NCBI GenBank assembly: GCA_002104905.1
Contig: MCFE01000553.1
Location: 1 to 59,103 of the forward strand
Source: Basidiobolus meristosporus CBS 931.73
Taxonomy: Eukaryota; Fungi; Basidiobolomycota
Direction of reading: 5' to 3'
DNA length: 59,103 nucleotides
Shown here: piece after piece, positions 14,038 to 28,800 of the stretch
Numbering within the stretch: position 1 is the first letter of the stretch
How the letters are laid out: the number at the start of each line of letters is the position of its first letter
Notes under the pieces: generated by a model
What the model was told of the DNA's origin: nothing
The model's input: the letters and a program-made list of their open reading frames with translations, nothing else
Database searches by the model: none
Program-made: the position numbers and the translations under genes

Positions 14038-17000
14038 ATGTCCCAGTACTCTGACTTTAGCGAGCGTAGACTTCGCCCTATTTACGGTACACCATTCAAT
14101 GTTGACTGCGCAGCCAGCGGCCTTGTTTAACACGGGTTCCTCTTCTAGATGCCATTGATAACCAGAATTATAAGCAGGCTCTGCAATTATGTAGTAAAAT
14201 CCTGAAGAAGCAGAACGACATTCTCATTGTGCAGGTAAGTATTATAGCTTAGTGTATATATGGCAATGGAAATGCTCAGCCTTCTGCTTCAATAGGCATT
14301 GAAAGCGTTAACTTTGGAGCGTACCGGAAAGGAGGAAGAAGCATTGGAGATTTGCAAGTTCATCAAAAAAAGAATGCCAATTGATGAACCTACTTTGCAA
14401 ATTGTAGGCATGGTGTACCGTTCCCTGGGAAATCGTAAGTGCTTTATCAACATGTTTTCGGGCAGCATCACCAATTGTATTGGGTTAACTTTTTGATCTA
14501 ACTCAACCTTGGCTGTTCTTGTAGATCAAGATATGGTGGATCTGTATGGCAACGCATCCAAAATGTTGCCCAATAATGAGGAGCTTGCCAACCACTGGTT
14601 TATGGCAATGGTCCGCGCAAACGATTTCAAAGGGCAGCAGCAGGTAATGACTATGCGGGAAAGGCTCGAAAGTACCACAATATTCACCAGGGTCTAATAT
14701 ACACGTTTTGATCTCTTAGGCTGCCTTGAAGCTTCATAAGACCTTCAAACACAATAAATATCTCTTTTGGGCCATTATGAGCCTTGTACTTCAGGTTTGT
14801 GGATTTTAATATGGCCTAGATACCAAGCAAATACACATAATGCATCGATTCAGGCTAAAGAGAACGAGGGTCAGAGAGCTTTATTCAACTCTTTGTCAGA
14901 GCGGATGATGAAGAAGGCCGCTGAAGAGGGGCGTTTAGAAACTACTGAAGGTCGTAATATTAGCCAAGCTATGATATGCTCTCGTGAGTTAACCGTTCTA
15001 TTCATCCAGATGTTCATCTGTATTTGGCCGTATTGTTGTCGCAAGAAAAACATACCGAAGCTCTGGAATTGATTGAGGGAGACCTGGGCTCCAAGTGCAA
15101 AGCAGACATGGAATTCCACAGAATTAGATTAGAGCTATTGTCCAAACTCAACAAATGGGAGCAGATTCTCGATATCTCCAAGAAGAAGTTGAAGGAAAAG
15201 TGAGTGTATACCCCTCAAGTACTAATGAACCTTCAAATTGGTTGACCATCTATTCTAATCACCCTAGCTATGACGACTGGAACCATTATCAATATTACTT
15301 CACTGCGTTGATGAACTTTACAAAAGCAAACCCCGAGGAGAAAGCCACCTTGTAATGTCAAACCACCAACTTGCTTTCTTTCGATAGACAGTTAATGTTC
15401 CCACGATCGTAGATTCGAAGAAGCAAGACGTTTCCTGAGCGAATTCGTTGACAAGGCCTCTTCCACCCCCAATCCTAAGCGAGGTCCCTTCCTCAGCATG
15501 TTAGAGTTCGAAAAGGAATTAATCAACGAGGGAAGCGGTAAGTATAGGTCATATGCTTTATTTTTCAAACGCAGATATTCAAATAACATTCTGCGGTAGT
15601 GACGAACAATGTAAAGTTGATAGAGCTAATCGTTCAATATTTCGAGAAATTCGGATCCAAGTTCTGTTGCTTTGAGGATCTCCAGCCATACTTGAACTTG
15701 ATTACCAAGGAACAAGCCCAAGAGGTTCTTGAGAAGTTCTTGAAATCTGTACCCCAGGTTGAAAAAGACGACAAAGCCAACAGTGTCAAGAATGTTCAAA
15801 GGAATATCAATATCCGGAAAGTAGAGCGTTATGTTGGTCTTTACTCTGAGCTCTCAACCGAGCAAACCATTGAGCACGTCAACCAACTTGTTAAAGCGTA
15901 CATCGAGGCCCTTGATTATGGTACATACCCCACGCCGCTTATCGGCAACCAGCTCTGTGCATTAATGAATTTCTCCAGGGCGTGATCTTGAAGAAACTGA
16001 AAAGCAGTATGGTGACGATTACATTGTGCTTGCTACACACGCTTTGGTAGACATATGGAAGAAATCTGGTACGCTCATGCTCCGCTGTCCCATCCGCCCT
16101 TTTGATTATTTACCCGTCTCACATAGGCGATGTCAGCTTCTTGTTCCAAGCCCTTGTGCTTCTTGAAAATGCGCTCAAGAAGAGTACATACAACTTCCAG
16201 TTTAAGTTCTTGGCTATTCGTCTGTATCAAATCTTGGGTGTGTTCCAACGCAGTCTAGAGCTATACAAGAGCATGGATATCAAGCATATTCAGTTGGATA
16301 CGCTGAGGTAATTGTAATCTCACCTTTGTATGAGTTCACCCACTGAAATGATTGTAGCCATATGATAGTCGAATCCGGCGCTGATCTTGGCTTCTCCGAA
16401 GATCTGGTTGGGGTGATTTACGAATCCTTGGGTATCTATAGTAGCAACACTACAGAGGTATGGAACATACCTCACATAGCTATCTGTGATACATTCTAAC
16501 CTCCTAGTAGACCCCCGAGATGATCGTGCAAGCCTACAAATACGGCACTTACTCAAAGGTCAGAAAAGATGAGCCATTTTGTTCAACATCATGTTTCCAA
16601 CAAATTCCGTGTAGATTGAGGAGTTCATCGATTTCCGCAGAAGACTTGAAGACTCTCTGCAGCGTCACCTCCTCGACCGTGGTCTGGTTCAGGAAGAATT
16701 GGCTGGGTTGACGTCTCTGGATCATTTGAGAAATTACTTCAACGACTTCGATGTGACCGCATTGAAGCATGATGGTAACGTATCTGCTTTGTCTCATTCT
16801 GCGACCTTTACCTTCTGGTTAGCTCATTCTTCATTAGATAAGTTCTGCGATTCCCTTTGCGACAATAGAGATTATGAAGCATATGCCAATTGGAACCCGT
16901 TGTCAGAGAAAACTTGCGAGAAGCTTACCAGACCAAACCCTCAGAGAGCGGTAGCTATCGAGAATACCCCATCGCATTCAAGCAATCCGAAGTATTTATG

Positions 17001-18130
17001 CGCTTCTATTTCTAGATTCGCTGGTTAAAACTCCGCTCTGTCATTCCTGCAGTTTTGAAGGCCATTGCCAATGACGACCAAGAGCTTACGCTCGCGGAGA
17101 CCACCGGCTTTTTGGAATCCCTCCTAGATGAACAATCCAAAGAACCAGCTGACCAAGAGGTTCGTCCACTCCATGCTAATGCTCAGGTTTCCGTTTCGGG
17201 ACTGATGATCGGTTTTGCATCTCAGGGCCTATCGCATAACGATATCTGGACAACCAAGGTTTTGATCGGCCTGGCCAGAGTTATTGGACAAACAGTTGGT
17301 GCGGATCTTGGTATCAGTAAGTAGTTCCTATTCTGCACAATTGGGTGAGCCCACACAATTGACGATCTCTCCCCATAGATGTTGAAAGTGTATTGAGCGG
17401 TGTTGCCGGTCTTTTCCGAGGTTAGTAAATGAGGTCCATCAGATGCGCGAGTATAGCGTTCTAAAGAAACGGCCCGATTTCACCCGGCAGAGGCGCTCTC
17501 GTCCATTAAGGAAACCGATACTCCTACTCCAGGCCTTCTCGTTAGATCGATAAGCGGATACTTGGAGGTGAATCAACTAATCGATGTTCTGCGCACACTA
17601 GCTATCAAGACTAACCCACTCTACGCATCACTAGGCGCTCAACTATTTGAATTTCGCGTTTAGCATCTTCCAGAAGTATACCAATCCCAAGGGCAAGAAG
17701 CAAGGACATCGTGCAATGGTAAATCCTCAGTGAACTTTGAACCCATGGTAACAACACATTCTTACCACGAATTACCCGCCATCCGAAGGACGCTGATACC
17801 GCCAAAATCGTCGAGAAATTTGTGGAAGAGATGAAAACCCTGTCGAGGGAGTTCAAGCAGTACCTCAAAGAGCTGTCCGATTCGACCACCCCCAAGTCGA
17901 AAACCAAGTATCTGGCAGAACTCACCAAGGTCTCCATTGAGTTCGTCACCAATAAGGTAAGCTCCCTCCCCGATTCCCTAGCGCACGATTCGTCACTAAG
18001 CAGGTCTTGTGATTTCTAGGAAAATAATGGAATCACAAATCAAACGATTCAATATTGCACCAGCAGCTGGTCCAACGTATTCAAGCACATGAGCAAAGAG
18101 TTGGAAAAGAGATCGACTCTGTTCAAGTAG
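14038..18130 (+). CDS. NAA25: NatB N-terminal acetyltransferase auxiliary subunit (Naa25/Mdm20), many introns
   Basis: Spliced N-terminus MSQYSDFSERRLRPIY|DAIDNQNYKQALQ. Conserved blocks NEELANHWFMAMVR, KYLFWAIMS, KFGSKFCCFEDL, QYGDDYIVLA, LDIKHIQLDTL-like (MDIKHIQLDTL) and ETPEMIVQAYKYGTYSK. Stop TAG at 18128-18130. Confidence 0.9.
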
Positions 18131-18925
18131 TGGGCTGGCAAATCGTACATGACCGTCAGAAATATAGGAATCATATCACCTTTTGCTCCTCGATACGAAA
18201 TAAATTTTAGAAATTCATCTAACCTCGGGGGCCGACTGGTCATACACCCAGCGATACAGCTACTAACCAAGCCAGTAGCCAGTTGTACTAATGGTGGGGA
18301 TTCATTTAAACATATACGTATCAGTGTAAATATAGTTATGACCTTTCCCAGAAGGTCACTTGAACGGTTGTCGCAGTATGTTTGCGCACTGATCCAAGTA
18401 CTCTGGATCAGGAGTTGGTTCAGTGAGCTTAGCATCTTTACGGCTAACCATATAGGTAGCGGATAAGCATGAACATCCAATGAACCCCAGTATGTGATTG
18501 AAAGTATGGTGTGGCCAGTGTGCCATGTGCAACTGGAATGATCTAATAATATTATCACTAATCATTATCGATTGTCGACGATCTGTAGTAAAATTGCTAA
18601 TTCTATTACACAATAGAAATATTTCTACGTGGCTCGAAGATACGGGAATAAGTTGATGAGAGGGGTGAGAGTAAATCAGATATGACCCACAACAGAGATG
18701 TCAAAATTATGGGAGGCAAGCAAATAATTATCCAATCTCAACGTGGTAGAGTTTGCCTCACGTATTGCTAGGTGATTTACATACGGTGATAAGTTGGGGA
18801 GAAGTGATATAAAACTAGTACTTCATAGCAATGGCTTAAGTAGTTGTCTGATAATCACTTGGATCTTTGCTACAGATCGAGGATTGTTACTAGCGTTCAT
18901 TTGTGATAATGCTGGGTGGGAATGC

Positions 18926-19497
18926 TTACCTTAAAGCCATCTCTTGGCGGCTCTTGTCTTTTTCGGCGGCTTGGTCCATGCTGCGAGACATCTTTGCTTC
19001 GGAAGCCTTGTTAGTGGGGGTAAGGTTGGTTGAATGACCTGCTGTGTCATCGAAATTCAAGACTGCGGCAATTTCGGCCATTTGTTTTTTGATTTTTTCG
19101 GGCTGTTGAATCGAATGTGGTTAGGAAAAAGAAATCGATGCCATGAAGAGGTACAAACTCACGTCTACACGGTCAACTATCCCGTTACGAATTTCACCAA
19201 TACCTGGGTAATCGTGGGTAAGCATGTATTCGCTAGAGTGCTGGGTGAAGGGTATTTACCAATATGGCCAGTATGCTAGTTCAGGAGTGTGGTGAGGCAG
19301 CAGTTAGTATTGCGATTCAAGTACCAAAGGTGAGGAAGAGGTACCTGGAAGTTCGAGGGCTTTCCTATGGCGCTCTTGTCAATTTTGCGTCTTGGTCTTT
19401 TGTCGTTGGGTCTAGGAGCTTGATTGTATGGTCTCTCTGTTAGTAACACGTCGTCGTCATCAACACCAAAACAATTGCACATCTTTAGGAGACCCAT
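18926..19497 (-). CDS. CRIB-domain microprotein (~128 aa), CDC42 small effector (CDC42SE/SPEC)-like
   Basis: Exons 19497-19345, 19275-19260, 19203-19163 and 19102-18926 splice in phase to MGLLKMCNCFG...KRPRRKIDKSAIGKPSNFQ|HTGHIG|IGEIRNG...|PEKIKKQMAEIAAVL. Basic patch plus CRIB consensus IGxPxNFxHxxHIG. Confidence 0.75.
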
Positions 19498-20975
19498 CTA
19501 GGAAATGTATAAGGAATTGGGTGTAATATATAGAGGTACGCGTAGTAAGAAGGGCAAAGGTGAACACTTGAGGCAGGGCGGTTCTTAACACAAGTGGGTT
19601 ACAGAGGCCACGAACAATACAAGGATAGGGCGAGGAGCAAAGGCGTGAAATTAACTGGTCGAAGAGTCTAGTGGGACTCTTAAAGAACGCGGAAGGGATT
19701 GTGTAAAGAAAATGGAAATTATGGCAAACTTGAAACGGAAAGAAACAATAAATAATAAGAAGAGATGGCAATGGCAACAATATAAATGTGATTTCCAGAA
19801 GTTTGAGAAGGACTGATCATCCACCGGGTATGACCAAAAACCGATTAATTACCCTGGATTGTTTACCAAGTTTTGTAGACAGATCCCACGGAAATTTTGC
19901 TATGACCAAATAACTTCCGAGTCCTTTTAATAAACATTCCCCTGGCGAATCAAACGCCACCGCGAAGATTCATGAAGTCCCAAACCCACCCTCATGAATC
20001 AATGCTCGACTGACTGGACGGTGATTTCATGTTGCCCGCTAGCCATTGGCTGTTTCGAGTACGCAGAATCATCGAATGTTTGATTCCTGATCCACCTAAA
20101 TTTAACCAAATGTATCAACCTCACGAGTCCAGATCAATGCTCGTGAGTGGCCCATGACGAAACTGGAGTTCCGCTCTGAGGTCAGCGCCCATTGCTTCGA
20201 ATCCAATTTGGCTCACGGGCAAGGTTTGAGGTTCCTCAGCAATAATCCAACTGGTTTCAAAGGTGAAATGACTGAGATTCATGTTGTAGCGGACTCTCAT
20301 CAGGCCGGGGTTCAATCCACCCCCACCATATGAGTGTTTAATCAAGGAAAATCTTGTTTCGAGTGGGCACAGTCAACACTGAGATTTTCACAGCAATGTT
20401 TCCAGTTGCTTCGATTGAAGTCTCCTCATCCCTTGGAGATTCCAGAGTAGTGCGGAGACCATCTTCGAAGGGCAGCCAATGGTGGCATCTCGCATGCTCC
20501 CAGCCCACCCGAACTCATAGAAAACGCGTCCATCGACCTCCACGTTGCACTTGGTGGCCATTCACCTACCCCTAGCCCTTGTCTTAGGTACGCGCATGTT
20601 CTCGCCACCCTAGCTTGGCTCCAACCCTCATTGCCCTCATTGCCCTCATTGCCGATGGGAATCATGCTGCATTGCATGTTCGTTCGTAATGCGGATATTT
20701 ACGAGGCCAATCCAGTTTGCTGTATTTATTGGAATGAATTCTCCACCGTTATGAATATGGGATAATTTAACCATTTCCTCCCAACCATTGAATATTCACT
20801 GGTGGCTCGGAGTAGGCCTTGATCAAATATGCCTTTGACAGATCTTGCCAAAATACTCAATCGAGCTCTTATTGTTTACCTTTCCCTTCACTTATACTTG
20901 AGCCATTTCTTTCCTTAATCTCCAGATACCTCTCTTCTTTACGAATATTTTGAACTATTTATTGGACTTGATAGA

Positions 20976-23197
<2,222 letters not shown>

Positions 23198-24364
23198 TGC
23201 CCTCTCTCCCCCCCAACCCTCGAGCACAGAACCCTCTTTGCTGTATACCCCGATTCTCATTACCCCCTTCAGTCTGATTTTTCAATCTTGATGGTGCTTT
23301 CACTGGATGAATAGGTTTCGTGTTGTAGTGGGCAATTGGTAAATCAACCACCCCCATCCATTTTACTTGAGTATGCAGTCACCCCCCCCATCCCACCTGT
23401 CGCTTCGGGCGCTTCCTTTGAATCATGTCTCGTCATCAATTTTTTTCCAATATATTCTTCAAAGTGCACGTGTATACATTGAACGTTGTGTGCGATACAC
23501 TTGAGGGGCTTTTACGAAAGAGGACTATGCCTTTCTATCTGTTGGGGGCTTGACCAATCGACTGGATAGAATCCCAAAATTCCATCACTCCGATCTCACT
23601 GGTAGGACAAGAGTCCGGGGGTGATTGGCATGGTCGACCTTCGTGGAGTCAAATCTCCAGACTTTGCGTCGATGGGTATGTTAGATCTGATCGGGTATTA
23701 TTGTGGGAGTGGGATGTGGAGCTTCTATGGTGCACGATGGTACACCAGAAGGGTTCTCTGGCTTCCCAGTCATAAAATCGTGATCAATCATGACGGACCG
23801 CATTTACAGCCCCTGAGCTGATAAAACTACCAACCCTATCATACGGGCCATTTATCAACTTGCTGATCTTTCTAGCCTTCCATCTCATGACGGCACTTGA
23901 CCTGATGGTAGACGTATGAGCGGAAGGAGCTGACCTACAATGAGAAGGAATAACAATCCCCCGGATGGTTGATCCAGTAAGAACAAGGTTTCCCTTGGAA
24001 AAGATTCTGGCGATTCAACTGGATTTGAAATGGCCAATGGTCTGAGGATTTGGAGTGTCAATCCGGATTCTGGGAATGCTGGAGGTTTGTTGAGGAAGAT
24101 GGTTTGCCAAGTGTGAAATCTCGAGGAATAAGTGATTGGGCACAATGCAGTTCATGCATGGTATCCCTACCATCAACTAGGTACTGCGATACATTTGGAA
24201 ACAAGCAGAGTTCAGGCTTGGAAGTGATCCAAAGGAACTGTGGATTCCCTGGAAGATTCATGGGTTCCAACCCATGCACATAGCCCTGAGAGAAAAAATA
24301 ACCAAAGGCCGGTAGAATTCCAAGCTTCTCTGAGCTTACCACCATCAGTCTCATAGGTTCTAAC

Positions 24365-24634
24365 TGTTGTAAGAGTCTTGGAGATATTAGAAGTGATTGG
24401 GAGAACAAGTAGATTATGTGGTTTTCACTTAATGATTTATTGAATGTAAAAGTAGTATTTATACTTACAAAGTTTAGGGCTGTTTGGACAACTTGGAATA
24501 TTTACCCAGAACATGAAAATTCTCAAAGTAAATCCTGACAAGGAATTTGGTCAGTATTCTCTAGGATTTGAAGCTAATGATCTAAGTGACTAAGTTTGGT
24601 GAATATTTAGGCGGAATTACAAACTTTTACAATG
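24365..24634 (-). repeat. Family-1 LTR, 3' LTR of element A, with ~60-bp deletion, 17-bp deletion and internal inversion
   Basis: Aligns to the LTR at 58151-58500. Abuts PPT AGTGGGAG and the RNase H stop. Confidence 0.9.
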
Positions 24635-25584
24635 CTCCCACTCAGCTAAATGCTCATACTGACTAGTCCTAATTTTGACCAAGATATTCAAACTTGGCTC
24701 TTGCTAATGGTTTGGTATATATGTCTGCAATCATTTCATCTGAAGTACAGTAAACTAAGCTAAGTTATTCTCTATAGCTTCATGTATGAAATGATGTCTA
24801 ATATCTATGTGCTTAATACTAGCATGAAAGGTTGGATATCTACCTAATTGTATACATCCTTGATTATCTTGAAATAAAGTAATAAGCATTTTTTGACATA
24901 GGCCTATATCTGTAAGAGGCTCTGTTAACCACATTGCTTCTTTTGTAGCTTCACAGGCTCCCATATACTCTGCCTCTTTGGTAGAGAGTGCTACAGTTGG
25001 TTGCTTTCCTGAGTTCCATGAAATTGCTCCTTGACAGCAAAGAAAGGTGTATCCTGTGGTGGACCTTGTGTCTTCTAAATTTTGTCCCCTATCAGCTTCA
25101 GAGTATCCCACAAGATCCTGTTCTGAATCCTCACAAGTGTATCTTGAGCAGACATCAGCAGTTCCTTGCAGGTATCTAAATATCTGCTCAACTGCTGCAA
25201 TATGATCAGATCCATGGTTCTGATTATGCTGGCTGACAACTCCCACTGAATATGAGATATCTGGACATGTTCCAAGCACAATATACATCAGACTGCCAAC
25301 CATAGATTGATAAGCAAAGTCAGGGCCTTCAGATGGCATCAAGCTCTCTTGATTTAGTTGAGTTTTGACCAAGTTAAGGTTTGTCTCCATTGGGTAGCTG
25401 CCAGTTTACCGTCTTCCATTTGGTACTTCTTTAGTATATCTTGAATATACTTGGATTGGCTTAGGGTGATAGTCTGTATACTTCTGTCTATGGAGAGCTT
25501 TATCACTAAGTAGTAGCTGAGTTCTCCTAGATCAGATATCTTGAACTCTCCAGATAGGCTGGATTTAGTTACTTCCAATGTTTT

Positions 25585-25932
25585 TGTTGCAAAAATTTGT
25601 AATTCCACCTAAATATTCACCTAACCTAGTCACTTAGATCATTACCTTCAAATCCTAGTGAATACTGACCAAATTCCTTGTTGGGATCTACTTACAATAT
25701 TATCACCAAATCACCAGGTACCCAGAACATAAAAATTCTTAAAGGTGTCTAAACAGTCCAAACTTTACACACATGTTCTTGGGACTTTCCTTAACCTATT
25801 CTATGTGTTTGTAATGCCATGACCATGTAAAAGTATGAATACTGCTTTTACATTTAATAAATCATTAAGTGATAACCACACAATCTACTTGTACTCCCAA
25901 TCACTTCCAATATCTCCAAGACTCTTATAACT
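25585..25932 (+). repeat. Family-1 LTR, opposite orientation inside element A
   Basis: TGTTGCAAAAATTTGTAATTCCACC...AAGACTCTTATAACT, full-length match to the other copies. No PBS follows it. Confidence 0.9.
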
Positions 25933-27474
25933 GTATGTGCTACACAATCCAATGGAAGAATGCTATACCTGTATCAAGTGTTTTGATACTGAAATCAATG
26001 TACCAGGAGCTAAATATGGAGCTGTTAGACATGCCATCTCTCTGTTTAAGTCTCAAAACAGTAGGAGTAAGTATTTTACAAATTTAGCAAAATCAACTCA
26101 GGAAGATTCTACCACCAGCCAGAAAGAGTGAAGCAAATGATTGCAAGCCTGGCTGGAGTATACAACCAAGCAACAGTTGGCCAGTATACAACCACAAGCC
26201 ATTTGGAAGATAGCATAGTACTTTATACATGTTATGTGTATATCACTTATCACATTGGAGGCAACACATTGTGACATTTGATTTTCTGGATCAGATCAGA
26301 AGAATTGTGATTGATCAAGTCACTGCCAAGCTCTGCAACTCAAAAAGCTGATATATTGGAGTCTGCTACCCAAGTACTGATGAAACTAGCTTTCAAGTGC
26401 AGTTTATTTGGTCAAATTTGGTCAACTCTATCTAACATTATGATTGATCTAAGTGGATGACAATTTTGATTATATCACTCTCAAATAGTGATATATTCTG
26501 GACCAATGATGTCGTGAGGACTTCTATGCTAAAACACGCTGGGGTACCACCTGTAAGGAAGTCCAGGACCATCCTGCAAAAGGAGTTTCCCTTGGATCAT
26601 CAGCAGAAAAAGAAAACTAGAAAAATGGGAAATGACTACTGCCACAAATTAGGGTACTTCCCAAATGAAGCCAAAACCTTTGTAGGCTATATTTGGACTA
26701 TCTGGCAATGCAGATATTGTTGTGCATCAACATTTAAAACCTAACCTATTTTACTCTGTTAGAAATCTAGTACCCTGACTGATTTTCCCCAACCCAAACA
26801 TAACTAATCCCAGTTGTGGTTTATTTTATCACTTCTCAGAATCTATTTTCAGCTGTCACACCTGATCAATTTTCATGTGGTCATTATGTCCTCAACTGAT
26901 CTGCTAAGCCTTTCTAAGTGATTAGTCATCTGAGATCTATCCAACCACTTGGCAGTTGCCAAGACATCAGCTGATTAATGATGCAATTTTTCATTTATCA
27001 TATGCACCTATGAACACCTCAACAGATTTCAATTAGTCCAATCTCTTGGTGCTTACTAATTCAACTTGGTCAGAAAAATATAAATAAAGTTTACTGAATC
27101 CTTTGGTTTAGTGTGTATCTCAACAAAATGAAGATTGTGCCTCAGCAAAATTAAGAATTCAACAATTCCATTCTAGTTTCTACCCAAGCCTAGCATATCT
27201 AGCACTCTCAAGAACACCAAGCCTAGCCTGCTGTTTTGAATAGACACAAGGTAGGAGAGTAGAGCTAGGTAAGGCAGGACTAGGAAAGAACTTGGATGTG
27301 GATGAACAAGGCAAGATGTGTTTCCAAGGCAAGGCTGTTTATTCAAGACCTGTGTTTATCAGACTGAGGAATGCATAAGGGGGATAAGACTATATCTACT
27401 TTTTGGCAATATGGATGCCAAGAGATATTGGCTAATACTGATGGGGTTCTGGGGTGAGGCACAGTAAGTGTGTC

Positions 27475-27823
27475 TGTTGTAGAAATTTGTAATTCCACCT
27501 AAATATTCACCTAACTTGGTCACTTAGATCATTACTCTCAAATCCTAGAGAATACTGACCAAATTCCTTGTTGTGATTTACTTAAAATATTTTCACCAAA
27601 ATACCAGGTACCCAGAACATGAAAATTCTCAAAGTTGTCCAAACAGCCCCAAACTTTGCACACATGCTCTTGGGACCTTCCTTAACCTATTCTATGTGTT
27701 TGTAATGCCAAGACCAGGTAAAAGTATAAATACTACTTTTACATTCAATAAATCATTAAGTGAAAACCACATAATCTACTTGTTCTCCCAATCACTTCCA
27801 ATATCTCCAACACTCTTACAACA
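27475..27823 (+). repeat. Family-1 LTR, opposite orientation, interrupting the protease region of element A
   Basis: TGTTGTAGAAA...CTCTTACAACA, 349 bp. Flanks are GTGTC / GCATC. Confidence 0.92.
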
Positions 27824-28788
27824 GCATCAAGTGCTCTATTGTCACCCATGAAAACCTTCTTGATTGGAATTTCTTCAAATTGGGTAAAAAGTTCTTTTTG
27901 GTGTGTAAAGTGTTGAGATGCTCCAGAGTCAATATACCACGTCTGAGAATCCTTGTTTGTGGTCATATTTAGTGCAGATACAAATAGTCTATCTTCAGTT
28001 GTTGCAGCATTTCCATATTCAGGCTTCTTTTGCTGATAATCTCTCTTTTTGAGACACTAGTCTGATGTGTGTTCTTTCCTTTTGCAGTAGTTGCAAAACA
28101 GGTTGCTGTTGCCTTTGTAGGGTCTTGGGTACCTCCTTTGTTGGTTATCATTGCCTATAGAGGATTTTTTTTCTTCCTTCTTATTGATGCTTGATTTTCT
28201 TAATTCTTCATTCAGGAGCTTTCATATTTGCAATTTAAGGTCAAATCTTCAGTTCTGCACTCTATGGCTGATACAAGGCCCTGAAACTAGTCTGCCAGGC
28301 TATTCAGGATGGTAACTATCACATCCTCATCAGTAGTTGGTATGCCCACAGATTTCATGTCACCCACCAGCATGGTAATTCTGTTAATTAGATTTTTCAT
28401 TTCTTCTCCTTGCTGCATCTTTGTAGTAAAGAGTTTTTGTCTCAGATACATTTTCTTGGCAGCTGAACATGACTGGTAGGTGTCTTCTAATGCCTTCCAG
28501 ACATTCTTTGCCATTTTTGCTCATGAGCATTGAATTAGCAATTTGTCCTTAACATTAAGGCAAATGCAGTTAAAGGCCCTTTGTTCTTTCTTGTGGTACT
28601 TTAAGGCTTCCTCTCCCACATTTTTAGGAGAACATTCTTCTCCCATGACAATATCCCAAAGGCCTCTTTCTTGTAGCAGCATCTTCATCTTCACCATCCA
28701 CACTTGGTAGTTAGATCCATCCAACTTTTCAGTAGAGGGGAGAATTCCAGTAATAGCAGTAGTAGATATTGCAGAGAGTGATAGCTTG

Positions 28789-28800
28789 GGGCTCATAGCC
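28789..28800 (-). promoter_or_regulatory. Primer-binding site complementary to the anticodon arm of initiator tRNA-Met (half-tRNA primer)
   Basis: GGCTATGAGCCC lies directly after the LTR end ...ACAACA and is 11/12 to GGTTATGAGCCC, the reverse complement of GGGCUCAUAACC in fungal tRNAiMet. Confidence 0.85.

Noticed and set aside
20270-20320. CTGATGAG on the minus strand resembling a hammerhead ribozyme core
   Set aside because: There is no stem II closed by GAAA and no stem III/UH site. The similar hit near 42183 lies inside MFS coding sequence.
20625-20651. (CCCTCATTG)x3 tandem repeat
   Set aside because: Ordinary short slippage repeat with no further structure.
23885-24360. FLWITSKP... 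fragment resembling LINE ORF2
   Set aside because: One weak motif only, not supportable without a search.
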